DNA from: an uncultured delta proteobacterium
GTDB lineage: Bacteria; Myxococcota; Myxococcia; Myxococcales; Anaeromyxobacteraceae
Assembly: GCA_963814585.1 (NCBI GenBank)
Contig: CAWFDF010000003.1
Span: forward strand, 224,001 to 288,000
DNA: 64,000 bases
Direction of reading: 5' to 3'
Shown here: piece after piece, positions 30,740 to 44,714 of the stretch
Position numbering within the stretch: the first letter of the stretch is position 1
How the letters are laid out: each line of letters starts with the position of its first letter
Position numbers and translations under genes: made by a program
The notes under the pieces: model-generated
The model's input: only the letters and a program-made list of their open reading frames with translations
Told to the model about the DNA's origin: nothing
Database searches by the model: none

Positions 30740-31185
30740 TCAAGCCGGCGTCTTGACCGGTCCCTGCCGCCCGCCTGCCGCGCGCCGCTCCTCGTCGACC
30801 AGCGCCAGCATGGTCGCCAGGGAGATCGAGCTCAGGGTGGCCCGGGCGATGTCGTCGATCTCGTCGAAGACCCGGTGCAGGGACCGGCCCTCGGCCGAGA
30901 GCCCCTCCGCGTCGCGCGCTCCCTCGCCGGCGCCGATGGGCTCGAAGAGCTCGATGACGTCGAGGAGCGTCACCCGCCGTGGGTTGCCGCGGAAGCGATA
31001 GCCCCCGCCGGCGCCCCGGAGCGCCTCGACCAGCCCGGCCCGACCGAGGACCCGCAGCACCTTGGAGAGGTGGTTCACCGAGATCCCGAAGCGGCTGGCG
31101 ATCTCGGCGGCGGCCAGCTGCCGGCGCGGGTCGGCGGCCAGCTGGAAGACGGCGAAGAGCGCGAGGCGGGTCGCCACCTGGACCC

Positions 31186-31189
<4 letters not shown>
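30740..31189 (-). CDS. badM: Rrf2-family transcriptional regulator (BadM-like, no Cys)
   Basis: ISVNHLSKVLRVL, RGAGGGY, VTLLDVIELFE; coupled downstream of a GNAT, as with badL-badM. Confidence 0.8.
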
Positions 31190-32982
<1,793 letters not shown>

Positions 32983-32993
32983 GGCCAGCTCCC

Positions 32994-34959
<1,966 letters not shown>

Positions 34960-35028
34960 GCATTCTCCTTCGCGCCGCGCGGGCGCGCTGGGTGCGCCGC
35001 GCCGGAGCGGCGGGGTCCAGGGATGGTG

Positions 35029-35060
35029 CTGGACAATATACGCAAAACCGTACCAGAATG
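35029..35060 (+). promoter_or_regulatory. Conserved 32-bp element (copy 2) in the divergent region before the panE-fusion operon
   Basis: ctggacaatatacgcaaaaccgtaccagaatg matches 7700-7731 at 27 of 32 positions. Confidence 0.75.
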
Positions 35061-35131
35061 TCATTGAACAGGACAGGCCAGTCGATCCAGGCTCTCCCGG
35101 GGCGGATTGACGCAGGACGAGGGTGTCGGCC

Positions 35132-37411
35132 ATGCGGATCGTGATTCTCGGTGCTGGAGCGCTCGGCGGGCTCATCGGGGCCCGGCTGGGCGCGTCGGGC
35201 GAGGACGTCACCTTCCTCGAGACCAACGTGGCCCGCGCCAAGCTCCTCGGCGAGCAGGGGCTCTTCCTCTCCGAGTCGGACCGGGGCGAGCAGCACGTCC
35301 AGGTCAAGGTGGTCACCACGCTGGAAGGCGAGCCTCCCGCCGACCTGCTCTTCGTGGCGGTGAAGAGCTACCAGACCGAGGGCGCCATCCGCGCCGCCCT
35401 CCCGGTGATCGACGAGCGGACCTGGATCCTCTCCACCCAGAACGGCATCGGCAACGTCGACCGGATCAGGTCGGTGGTGGGCATCGGCCGCATCCTCACC
35501 GGGATCACCTTCCACTCCATCCAGCACACCGGCCCCAACCGGATGCGTTACCGGACCGGCATCAAGCCGGTCCAGATGGCGCCCCTCGACGGGACGATCA
35601 CCGACGAGGTGCGGGCCGTCGGCGAGGTCTTCTGCCGCGCCGGGATGGCCACCGAGGTCGTCGAGAGCGTCGACGCGGTGGTCTGGCAGAAGCTGGTGCA
35701 CAACGCCGTGGTCAACCCGATCTCGGCCCTCACCGGGATGACCTGCAGCGAGCTGCTCGAGGACGAGGACATGCAGGCGCTGATGCGCGGCCTCTGCCTC
35801 GAGACCGCCGAGGTGATGAAGGCCCGGGGCACGCCCCTGGAGGACCCCGAGGATCCCTACCGCCCCATCGTCCGGTCGCAGAAGGCGCTGGCCGCCAACC
35901 GCCCCTCCATGTGGCAGGACCTGGTCCGCGGCTTCCGCACCGAGATCGACGCCATGAACGGCGGCATCGTCGCCGAGGCGGAGCGGCTGGGGATGCGGGC
36001 GCCGCTCAACTGGGCCGTCGTCCAGCTGGTCCACTCCCGGGAGCGCCAGCAGCAGCGCCGCCAGGAGCGGGGCGCCCAGACCCTCGCCGAGGTGAAGGAG
36101 GTGCAGGCCAGGCTGCCCTCGCGACCGGTGGAGCGCGTCCCCTTCGCCGGGATGCCGCAGGGGCGGGTGCCCCTGGAGAGCGCGCCCCGGCTCAAGGAGA
36201 TCCTGAGCGGCTACTGGCGCGAGCTGGCCGAGGCCAGCCGCGGCCGGAACGTCGCCTGGTGCTCGACCCACGGCCCGGTGGAGATCGCCCGCGCGCTCGG
36301 CTACGTCCCCTACTTCCCGGAGAACCACGCCGCCCTCATCGGCGCCAGCCGGCTCACCGGGAAGTACATCCGGCTGGCCCTGGCCGACGGCTTCTCCCCC
36401 TTCGCCTCCAGCGAGATGGCCAGCGACGTGGGCGCCATGATGGCCGGGGAGACGCCGCTGGCCGGCCTCCACGGGCTCGACGGCGTGCCGCCCCCGGCGG
36501 TCCTGCTCTACAACACCAACGTCGGCACCTACGTGGCCCGCTGGTTCGAGTACTACGCCAACCGGCTCAGCGCCCCGCTGCTCGGCCTCCACCCGCCGCC
36601 GGCCCTCCACGACGTCGAGAAGATCGAGGTGGACGCCGCGGTCCAGCAGACGCTCCGGCTGGTCGACCGGCTCGAGGTGGTCTCCGGCCGGACCCTCGAC
36701 CAGGACCGGCTGGCCGAGGTGGTCGAGCGCTCGGCCCGCGCCGCCAAGCTCTGGGGCGAGATCCTCGACCTGGCCTGCCACACCCCCAGCCCCATCACCT
36801 ACTTCGACACCCTCATCCACGTGGCCCCCATGCTGCTGATGCGGGGGACGCAGGAGGCCATCAGCTACTACGAGATCCTGCTGGCCGAGCTCAAGCACCG
36901 CATCGCCGGGAAGATCGCCGCGGTGCCGGGCGAGCGGTTCCGCTTCTTCTGGGAGGGGGCGCCGGTCTGGTGCGCCCTGCGCCCGCTCGCCAGCCTCTTC
37001 CTCGACGAGGGCATCGCGGTGGTCGGCTCCTGGTACTCGCAGACCTACGCGCTGCAGGGGCTGCAGCGCGAGAACCCCATCGAGAGCATGGCGGCCGCCT
37101 ACACCTCCGTCTATCCGAACCGCTCCCGCGAGTACAAGGCCAAGTACCTGGCCCGCGAGTTCGCCCGTCACGCCGTGGACGCCGCCGTCTTCCACGACGC
37201 CCGGACCTCCCCGGAGCACAGCGCGGCGCGCTCCGGCCTCCACATCCGCCTGCGGCGCGACACCGGCGTCACGCCCATCGTCATCGAGGCCGACACCCAC
37301 GACTTGCGGCTGGTCTCGATCGACCACATCCGCTCCCAGCTCCGCGAGTTCGTGGAGCAGCGCCGGGCGGCGGCCGGCGGCAACGGGGTCCGCGAGACGG
37401 CCGCGCACTAG
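35132..37411 (+). CDS. Fusion: ketopantoate reductase (PanE/ApbA) domain plus a 2-hydroxyacyl-CoA dehydratase/BcrB-like subunit lacking its Fe-S cysteines
   Basis: N-terminal GAGALG, VKSYQ, QNGIG, WQKLVHNAVVNP, SMWQD, TEIDAMNG. The C-terminal half aligns along its length with 38218-39494 (VAWC, FPENH, FHDART). Confidence 0.85.
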   Translation: MRIVILGAGALGGLIGARLGASGEDVTFLETNVARAKLLGEQGLFLSESDRGEQHVQVKVVTTLEGEPPADLLFVAVKSYQTEGAIRAALPVIDERTWILSTQNGIGNVDRIRSVVGIGRILTGITFHSIQHTGPNRMRYRTGIKPVQMAPLDGTITDEVRAVGEVFCRAGMATEVVESVDAVVWQKLVHNAVVNPISALTGMTCSELLEDEDMQALMRGLCLETAEVMKARGTPLEDPEDPYRPIVRSQKALAANRPSMWQDLVRGFRTEIDAMNGGIVAEAERLGMRAPLNWAVVQLVHSRERQQQRRQERGAQTLAEVKEVQARLPSRPVERVPFAGMPQGRVPLESAPRLKEILSGYWRELAEASRGRNVAWCSTHGPVEIARALGYVPYFPENHAALIGASRLTGKYIRLALADGFSPFASSEMASDVGAMMAGETPLAGLHGLDGVPPPAVLLYNTNVGTYVARWFEYYANRLSAPLLGLHPPPALHDVEKIEVDAAVQQTLRLVDRLEVVSGRTLDQDRLAEVVERSARAAKLWGEILDLACHTPSPITYFDTLIHVAPMLLMRGTQEAISYYEILLAELKHRIAGKIAAVPGERFRFFWEGAPVWCALRPLASLFLDEGIAVVGSWYSQTYALQGLQRENPIESMAAAYTSVYPNRSREYKAKYLAREFARHAVDAAVFHDARTSPEHSAARSGLHIRLRRDTGVTPIVIEADTHDLRLVSIDHIRSQLREFVEQRRAAAGGNGVRETAAH

Positions 37412-37435
37412 CGGGGCGAAGGCGAGGAGTCGACC

Positions 37436-38209
37436 ATGGTCGTGGCGGGCGCAGATCTCGGGACCGAGTGCGTGAAGACGGTGGTCGTGGACGGCGACGG
37501 CAAGGTCGTCGGCCGGGCCACGGTGCCGACGCGAGGCTACTTCCAGGACTGCTTCCAGGAGGCCACCGGGAACGCCCTCCGGGAGGCGCAGGTCCCGGCG
37601 GCGCAGCTGGCCGCCGTCTGCGTCACCGGCTTCGCCGCCTCCTGCGCGCCCATCGCCAGCCAGACGGTGGCCGAGACCCTCTGCCACGCCCGCGGCGCCT
37701 GGCACAAGACGGGGCGGGAGATGACCGTGGTGGACATCGGCGGCCGCGACCCCAAGGTCATCCACGTCGACGCCCGCGGCGCCGTCACCTCGAGCAGGTC
37801 GGTCCGGAAGTGCGCGGTGGGCATCGGCACCTTCCTCATGTTCGCCTCCCGGCACCTCGACGTGCACCCGACCCGGCTCATGGACCTGGCCTCCTCGGCG
37901 GAGAAGGCGGCGCCGGTGGGGAGCTACTGCTCGGTCTTCGCCGAGGTCGAGGTCATCGAGCTGCTGCGCCAGGGCTCCACGGCCGGCGAGATCGCGCTCG
38001 GGTGCATGCAGTCCATCGCCGACCGGATCCTCGAGATCGACCACTTCGAGAGCCCCATCTTCATCACCGGGGGCGTCTGCGAGTACTTCCCCGGCGTGGT
38101 GAAGGCGCTGGCCGACCGCTCCTCGCTCCCCGTCGAGATCCTCCCCGAGCCCATCCTGGCCGGGGCCTACGGCGCCGCCCTCTTCGCGCTCGACCAGGCC
38201 AGGGGCTGA
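37436..38209 (+). CDS. BadF/BadG/BcrA/BcrD (HgdC-type) activator ATPase, degenerate BcrD-like
   Basis: GADLGTECVK, ETLCHARG, DIGGRDPK, RKCAVGIG, SYCSVFAE. Confidence 0.85.
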   Translation: MVVAGADLGTECVKTVVVDGDGKVVGRATVPTRGYFQDCFQEATGNALREAQVPAAQLAAVCVTGFAASCAPIASQTVAETLCHARGAWHKTGREMTVVDIGGRDPKVIHVDARGAVTSSRSVRKCAVGIGTFLMFASRHLDVHPTRLMDLASSAEKAAPVGSYCSVFAEVEVIELLRQGSTAGEIALGCMQSIADRILEIDHFESPIFITGGVCEYFPGVVKALADRSSLPVEILPEPILAGAYGAALFALDQARG

Positions 38210-38217
38210 GGAGGCAC

Positions 38218-39494
38218 ATGGCCACCACCGACCGCCCGTCCCGCGCCCCCGACGCCACCTTCAGCGCCTCGGCCCGGCTCAAGGAGCTGATGGCCGCCCA
38301 CTTCGCCGGCGTGGACCGCGCCGCGCGCGAGAATCCGCCCCGGTGGCCTGGTGCACGAGCGTCGGCCCGGTCGAGCTGCTCCGCGCGCTCGGCTTCGAGG
38401 TCTTCTTCCCCGAGAACCACGGCGCCCTGCTCGGCGCCTCGCGCGTCGCCGGCGAGGTCATGGGCCGGGCCCACGCCCTCGGCTACTCGCCCGACATCTG
38501 CTCCTACCTGACCAGCGACATCGGCGCCTACCTGGCCCGCAAGAGCCCGCTCTCGCGCTTCGGCCTCTCCGGCGCCCCGCGCCCGGACCTCCTCCTCTAC
38601 AGCACCAACCAGTGCCGCGAGGTCCGCGACTGGTTCGAGTTCTACGGGCGCGAGTGGAGCGTCCCGGTGGTCGGGGTCACGTCGTTCCGCGATCTCGGCG
38701 AGGTGGAGGACTCCCACGTCGACGCCATCACCCGGCAGCTCGAGGGGCTGGTGCCGGCGCTGGAGGCGGTGGCCGGGCGCCGGCTCGAGGGCGCCGCGCT
38801 CGAGCTGGCGGTGGGCCACTCGCGGACCTGCAGCGACCTGTGGCGCGATTGCCTGGGGTCCTCGGCCTCCCGCCCGGCGCCGCTCTCCTTCTTCGACGCC
38901 ACCATCCAGATGGGGCCGGCGGTGGTCCTGCGCGGCACGCCCGAGGCCTGCGACTACTACCGGCTCCTCAGTTCCGAGCTGGCCGGGCGCGTCGCCTCGG
39001 GACACGGCGCCCTGCCCCGCGAGCGGTTCCGGCTCTACTGGGACGGCATGCCGATCTGGGGCCGGCTGCGCGACCTGGCCTCGCTCTTCGCCGGGCTGGA
39101 GACCAGCGTGGTGGCCTCGACGTACTGCAACAGCTGGGTCTTCGACGCCCTCGACCCGCGCGATCCGCTGCGCTCCATGGCCCGCGCCTCGCTCGAGCTC
39201 TTCATCGCCCGCTCCGAGGGGCCCAAGCAGCGCTACCTGGCGCGGATGGCCCGCGAGTTCTCGGTCGACGGCCTGGTCTTCCACGACGCCCGGACCTGCC
39301 CCAACAACTCCAACGTCCGCTTCGGCCTGGCCCAGCGCCTGCGGCGCGCTTCCCACCTCCCGGTGCTGGTGCTGGACGGCGACCTCAACGACCTGCGCTG
39401 CTTCTCCGACGAGCAGGCCCGGACCAACGTCGAGGCCTTCGTCGAGCAGCTCGAGGACGCCAGGCCAGCCGCCGCCGGCGGGGGGCGCCCGTGA
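38218..39494 (+). CDS. 2-hydroxyacyl-CoA dehydratase/BcrB-like subunit with intact Cys ligands (frameshift near 38335)
   Basis: FPENHG, PDICSYL, TNQCRE, DARTCPN, LDGDLND, TNVEAFVE; ATG at 38218 after GAGGAGG. Confidence 0.85.
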
Positions 39495-40285
39495 GCGCCG
39501 GCCCCTGCTGGATCGGGGTCGACTCGGGCTCCTGGAACACCAAGGCGGCCCTGGTGGACGCCGGGGGCCGGCTGGTGGCCACGGCCATCGTCCGCACCGG
39601 CGCCGACGTCCGGGCCGCCGCCGAGCGGGTGGTCCACGAGCTCCTCGAGCGCGCCGCCGTCGATCGCTCGTCGGTGGCCGCCCTCTGGACCACCGGCTTC
39701 GGGCGCCACGCCATCCCCGACGCCGCCAGCTCGCGCACCGAGCTGGATGCCCACGCCCGGGGGGCCCTCCAGTACGTCTCCGGGCCGCTCACCGTCATCG
39801 ACATCGGCGGGCAGGACGCCAAGATCATCACCGTGGACGCCGGGGGCCGTCGCACCTCGCACAAGATGAACCGGAAGTGCGCGGCCGGGACGGGGAGCTT
39901 CCTCGAGGAGATGGCGCTCCGGCTCGACGTGCCCATCGGGGCGCTCCCGGCGCTGGCCGCGGGCGCGCAGGAGGAGATCGAGCTGGGGAGCTTCTGCACC
40001 GTCTTCACCGGGACCGAGGTCCTCGGGCTCATCCGCCAGGGGAAGCGGCCGGCCGACCTGGCCCGGGCCGCCTACCGCTCGGTGGTCAAGCGGGTGCTGG
40101 AGATGGAGCGGGTCGAGGGGACCGTGGTGGCCACCGGCGGCGTCGTCTCCCACCACCCGCTGGTGGTGGAGCTGCTGGAGCTGGCCCTCGGCAGCCGGGT
40201 CATCGTGCCCCAGTTCGCGCAGGAGATCGGCGCCGTGGGCGTGGCCCACGCCGCCCGCGCCGCCGCCAGCGCCACCGCCGCCTGA
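39491..40285 (+). CDS. Second HgdC/BcrA-type activator ATPase
   Basis: GVDSGSWNTK, TGFGR, DIGGQDAK, MNRKCAAGTGSFL, SFCTVF. Confidence 0.88.
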   Translation: MSAGPCWIGVDSGSWNTKAALVDAGGRLVATAIVRTGADVRAAAERVVHELLERAAVDRSSVAALWTTGFGRHAIPDAASSRTELDAHARGALQYVSGPLTVIDIGGQDAKIITVDAGGRRTSHKMNRKCAAGTGSFLEEMALRLDVPIGALPALAAGAQEEIELGSFCTVFTGTEVLGLIRQGKRPADLARAAYRSVVKRVLEMERVEGTVVATGGVVSHHPLVVELLELALGSRVIVPQFAQEIGAVGVAHAARAAASATAA

Positions 40286-40293
40286 GCCCGGAC

Positions 40294-41859
40294 ATGCACC
40301 AGCTCCTCAACATCGGCGAGATCATCACCGTCCACGCCCGGCTCCAGCCGGATCGCCCGGCGGTGCGGGATCTCTCCCGGGCCCTGACCTGGGCGCAGTA
40401 CGAGGCGCGGGCCACCCGGCTGGCCAACGCCCTCCTCGGCCTCGGGCTCCGCCCGGGCGACCGGGTGGCCGTCTACGCCCACAACGGCCTGGAGTGGCTG
40501 GAGCTCTACGCCGCCTGCGCCAAGGCCGGCCTGGTCGCCGTGCCGGTCAACTTCCGGCTCGCCCTCCCGGAGGTCCGCTACCTCGTCGAGGACAGCGGCG
40601 CCGCCGCCCTCTTCGTCGGCGCCGACCTGGTCGAGGCCGTCGGGCCATTGCGCGACACGCTGGGCCTCCCCGGCGGCCGCTGGATCCAGATCGGCGGCGA
40701 ACGGCTCCAGGCCGGCTACCGCGGCTACGAGGAGCTGCTGGCCACCGGCACCGACCGTCCGCCCGCCGTCAGCGTCCGCCCCGAGGATCCCTGGACGCTG
40801 ATGTACACCTCGGGGACGACCGGGAGGCCCAAGGGGGCCATCCGCAGCCACCGCAGCTACGCGCTCTTCTACCTCCTCAACGCCATCGAGTTCGGCTTCA
40901 CCCGCGACGACGTGGGGCTGGCGGTCATGCCGCTCTGCCACGTGAACTCGGTCTTCTACGGCTTCGTGTTCACCTACCTGGGGGCCCAGGTCTGCGTCTA
41001 CGACCGCAAGAGCTTCGACCCCGAGCACCTGCTGCGGGTGCTGGCCGAGGAGCGGATCAGCTTCACCTCGCTGGTCCCCACCCACTACACCATGATGCTG
41101 GGCCTCCCCGAGGCGGTCCGCACCGCTCGCGACCTCGGCCACGTGGACAAGCTCCTCATCTCCTCGGCGCCGGCGCGCCGCGACACCAAGCTGGCCATCA
41201 TGTCCTGCTTCCCCTCGTCGCGGCTCTTCGAGGCCTACGGCTCCACCGAGGCCGGGCTGGTCACGCTGCTGCGCCCCGAGCAGCAGTTCGACAAGCTCGG
41301 CTCCATCGGCCGCGAGATCGTGGGCACCGGCCGGCTCCGGCTCCTCGACGAGGGCGGCGCCGAGGTGGCCGACGGGGAGGTCGGCGAGCTCTGGGCCCGG
41401 ACGCCGACCGCCTTCGACGGCTACTGGAACCTCCCCGAGGCCACCGCCCGCGCGCTGCGCGGCGGCTACTGCACCGCCGGCGACCTGGCCCGGCGCGACG
41501 GCGACGGCTTCTACACGCTGGTCGATCGCAAGAGCAACATGATCATCACCGGCGGCGAGAAGGTCTACCCCTCCGAGGTGGAGAAGGTGCTGGCCAGCCA
41601 CCCGGACGTCCGCGACGTCGCGGTCATCGGGCTGCCGGACGCCACCTGGGGCGAGGCGGTCACCGCGGTGGTGGTGGTGCGGCCGGGCTCGGCGCCGTCC
41701 ACGGAGGCGCTGGTGGCGCTGACCCGCCGCGAGCTGGCCGGGTACAAGTGCCCGCGGCGGATCCGCTTCATCGCCGACGAGGAGATGCCCCGGACCGCCA
41801 CCGGCAAGATCCTGCACCGCGTGCTCCGGGACCGGTACGCGGCGCCGGAGGGCGCGTGA
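40294..41859 (+). CDS. AMP-forming acyl-CoA ligase (FadD/aryl-propanoate ligase-like)
   Basis: YTSGTTGRPKG, AYGSTE, TAGDL, DRKSNMIITGGEKVYP, TGKI. Confidence 0.9.
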   Translation: MHQLLNIGEIITVHARLQPDRPAVRDLSRALTWAQYEARATRLANALLGLGLRPGDRVAVYAHNGLEWLELYAACAKAGLVAVPVNFRLALPEVRYLVEDSGAAALFVGADLVEAVGPLRDTLGLPGGRWIQIGGERLQAGYRGYEELLATGTDRPPAVSVRPEDPWTLMYTSGTTGRPKGAIRSHRSYALFYLLNAIEFGFTRDDVGLAVMPLCHVNSVFYGFVFTYLGAQVCVYDRKSFDPEHLLRVLAEERISFTSLVPTHYTMMLGLPEAVRTARDLGHVDKLLISSAPARRDTKLAIMSCFPSSRLFEAYGSTEAGLVTLLRPEQQFDKLGSIGREIVGTGRLRLLDEGGAEVADGEVGELWARTPTAFDGYWNLPEATARALRGGYCTAGDLARRDGDGFYTLVDRKSNMIITGGEKVYPSEVEKVLASHPDVRDVAVIGLPDATWGEAVTAVVVVRPGSAPSTEALVALTRRELAGYKCPRRIRFIADEEMPRTATGKILHRVLRDRYAAPEGA

Positions 41860-42359
41860 AGGAGAGCCTTCGCTTCGTCGTCAACGGCGACCCGGTCGAG
41901 GTGGCGGTCGAGCCCGGCACCACGCTCCTCGAGTGCCTGCGCCAGGAGCTGGGCCTGACCGGCTCGAAGCAGGGCTGCGACAAGGGCGACTGCGGCGCCT
42001 GCACCGTGCTCCTCGACGGGCGCGCCGTCCTCTCCTGCCTCACCCTGGCCCACGCGGTGGCGGGCCGGCAGGTGACGACCGTCGAGGGGCTGGCCGCCGC
42101 CGGCCGGCTCCACCCGCTCCAGGAGGCCTTCGACACCCAGGGGGCGGCCCAGTGCGGCTTCTGCACGCCGGGGATGCTGATGAGCGCCTCCGCGCTGCTC
42201 GAGGAGAACGCCCGGCCGACCCGCCAGGACGTCCGCGAGGCGCTGGCCGGCAACCTCTGCCGCTGCACCGGCTACACCAAGATCCTGGACGCCGTGGTGA
42301 AGGCCGCCGGCGAGATCCGCGGGGCGCGCGCCGCGCCGCGGGACGGGGGCGAGCCGTGA
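41856..42359 (+). CDS. hcrC: 4-hydroxybenzoyl-CoA reductase gamma subunit (2 x [2Fe-2S])
   Basis: KQGCDKGDCGACT, QCGFCTPG, GNLCRCTGY. Confidence 0.85.
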   Translation: MKESLRFVVNGDPVEVAVEPGTTLLECLRQELGLTGSKQGCDKGDCGACTVLLDGRAVLSCLTLAHAVAGRQVTTVEGLAAAGRLHPLQEAFDTQGAAQCGFCTPGMLMSASALLEENARPTRQDVREALAGNLCRCTGYTKILDAVVKAAGEIRGARAAPRDGGEP

Positions 42360-44714
42360 GCGCCGCGCCGCCCGGCGGGCCCGACGGCACGGGGAGCGGC
42401 GCGGGCGCCGCCTTCTCCGTCATCGGCAAGCGCAACCGGAAGGTCGACGGCCGGCGCAAGGTCACCGGCCAGGCCATCTTCACCGACGACCTGCAGCCGG
42501 CCCGGCTGCTCCACGGCAAGATCCTCCGCTCGCCCCACGCCCACGCCCGCATCCGCGCCATCGACACCGCGCCGGCGGCGGCCCTCCCCGGCGTCCACGC
42601 CGTCATCACCGGGCGCGACCTGCCGGTGCCCTACGGCATCATCCCCTGGACCCAGGACGAGTACCCGCTGGCCGTCGACAAGGTGCTCTACGTCGGCGAC
42701 GGGGTGGCGGCGGTGGCGGCCGACGACGAGCGGACCGCCGAGGCGGCGCTCGACCTCATCGTGGTCGACTACGAGGTGCTGCCGGCGGTCCTGACCGTGG
42801 AGGACGCGCTGGCCCACCCCGAGACCCAGGTGAACGCCTTCGCCGGGAAGGGGAACGTCTCCAAGCACGTCCGGCTCAGCTTCGGCGACGTCGAGGGCGG
42901 GCTGGCCGGAGCCGACGAGGTGGTGGAGGACACCTGGTTCCACGCCGGGACGACGCACGCCGCCATCGAGCCGCACTGCGCGGTGGGCGACCTGGGGGCC
43001 GACGGCCTGCTCACCGTCCACTCCAGCACCCAGGTGCCCCACTACCTGCACCGCGAGCTGAGCCGCGTGCTCGAGCTCCCGGTCGACCGCATCCGCGTGA
43101 TCCAGCCGGCGGTCGGCGGCGGCTTCGGCGGCAAGAGCGAGCCCTTCGACCTCGAGTTCGCGGCGGCCAAGCTCTCCTGCTCACCGGCCGGCCGGTGAAG
43201 ATGCTCTACACCCGCGAGGAGGTCTTCTCCGCGCACCGCGGCCGCCACCCGATGCAGATGCGCTACCGGGTCGGCGCCCGCCGCGACGGCACGCTCACCG
43301 CGGTCGAGGCCCGGATCCAGATCGACGGCGGGGCCTACTCCTCCTTCGGCCTGGTGACCACCTACTACTCGGGGCAGCTCCTCGGCGCGCCCTACCGGCT
43401 CCCCGCCTACGAGTTCGACTCGACGCGGGTCTTCACCAACAAGCCCTCCTGCGGCCCCAAGCGCGGCCACGGCTCGGTGCAGCCACGCTTCGCCTTCGAG
43501 GTGCGCTCGACGAGCTGGCCGACCGGCTCGGGCTCGACCCCATCGAGCTGCGACGCCGCAACGTCCTCGGGCCGGACACCCGCACCGTGAACGAGTTCCG
43601 GATCACCTCCAACGGCTTCCTGGAGTGCCTGGCCGGGGTCGAGCGGGCCTCCGGCTGGAAGGAGAAGTTCCGGCGGCTGCCCTACGGCCGCGGGGTCGGC
43701 GTGGCCGGCTCCATGTACATCTCCGGCACCAACTACCCCATCTACCCCAACGAGATGCCGCAGTCGGCGGTGCAGCTCAAGGTGGACCGCTCCGGCCGGG
43801 TCACCGTCTTCACCGGCGTCAGCGACATCGGCCAGGGCTGCGACTCGGTGCTGGCCTACATCGTGGCCGAGGAGCTCGGGGTGGCGCTCGACTCGATCCG
43901 GGTCGTCAGCGCCGACACCGATCTGACCCCGGTGGACCTGGGCGCCTACTCGTCCCGCATCACCTTCATGGTCGGCAACGCCGCCATCGCCGCCTGCGCC
44001 GGGGTGAAGCGCCGGATCCAGGAGGCCCTGGCCGAGCTCTGGACCGTCCCGCCCGGGCAGGTCCGGCTCGCCGACGGCCTCGCCACGGCGCCGGGCAGCC
44101 CCGCGCACGCCCTCCCCATCGCCGAGGCCTTCCAGGCCGCCGAGGCGCGCTTCGGCACCCTCGGCGGGGTCGGCTCCTACGACACGCCCAAGGACGTCCA
44201 CGGCAGCTATCGCGGCGCCACCATCGGCGCCTCGCCGGCGTACTCCTTCAGCGCCCACGTCGCCGAGGTCGACGTCGACGACGAGACCGGGCAGGTCCGG
44301 GTCAGGAAGATCTGGGTGGCCCACGACTGCGGCCGCGCCCTCAACCCCATGCTGGTCGAGGGGCAGATGGAGGGGAGCGCGGCCATGGGCTTCGGCGAGG
44401 CCATCCTCGAGGAGCAGGCCTACGACGGGCGCGGCCTCCACCGGGGCCCTTCCCTGCTCGACTACCCGCTGGCGACCACGCTCGACACCCCCGAGCTGGA
44501 GTCGATCATCGTCGAGAGCGGCGACCGGGAGGGCCCGTACGGCGCCAAGGAGGCCGGCGAGGGGCCGCTCCACCCGTCCATCCCGGCCATCGCCAACGCC
44601 ATCCACGACGCCGTGGGCGTCCGGCTGACGCGCCTGCCGTTCCAGCCGCCGCGCGTGCTGGCCGCGCTCGAGGCCCGGCGCCAGGCCGGCTTGACCTGGA
44701 AGGGGCGACGCTGA
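42356..44714 (+). CDS. hcrA: 4-hydroxybenzoyl-CoA reductase alpha subunit (molybdenum cofactor; frameshifts near 43177 and 43505)
   Basis: ILRSPHAHARI, GGGFGGK, GPKRGHG, DIGQG, GAYSSRITFMVG, VEGQMEG, YGAKEAGEG. Confidence 0.82.
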
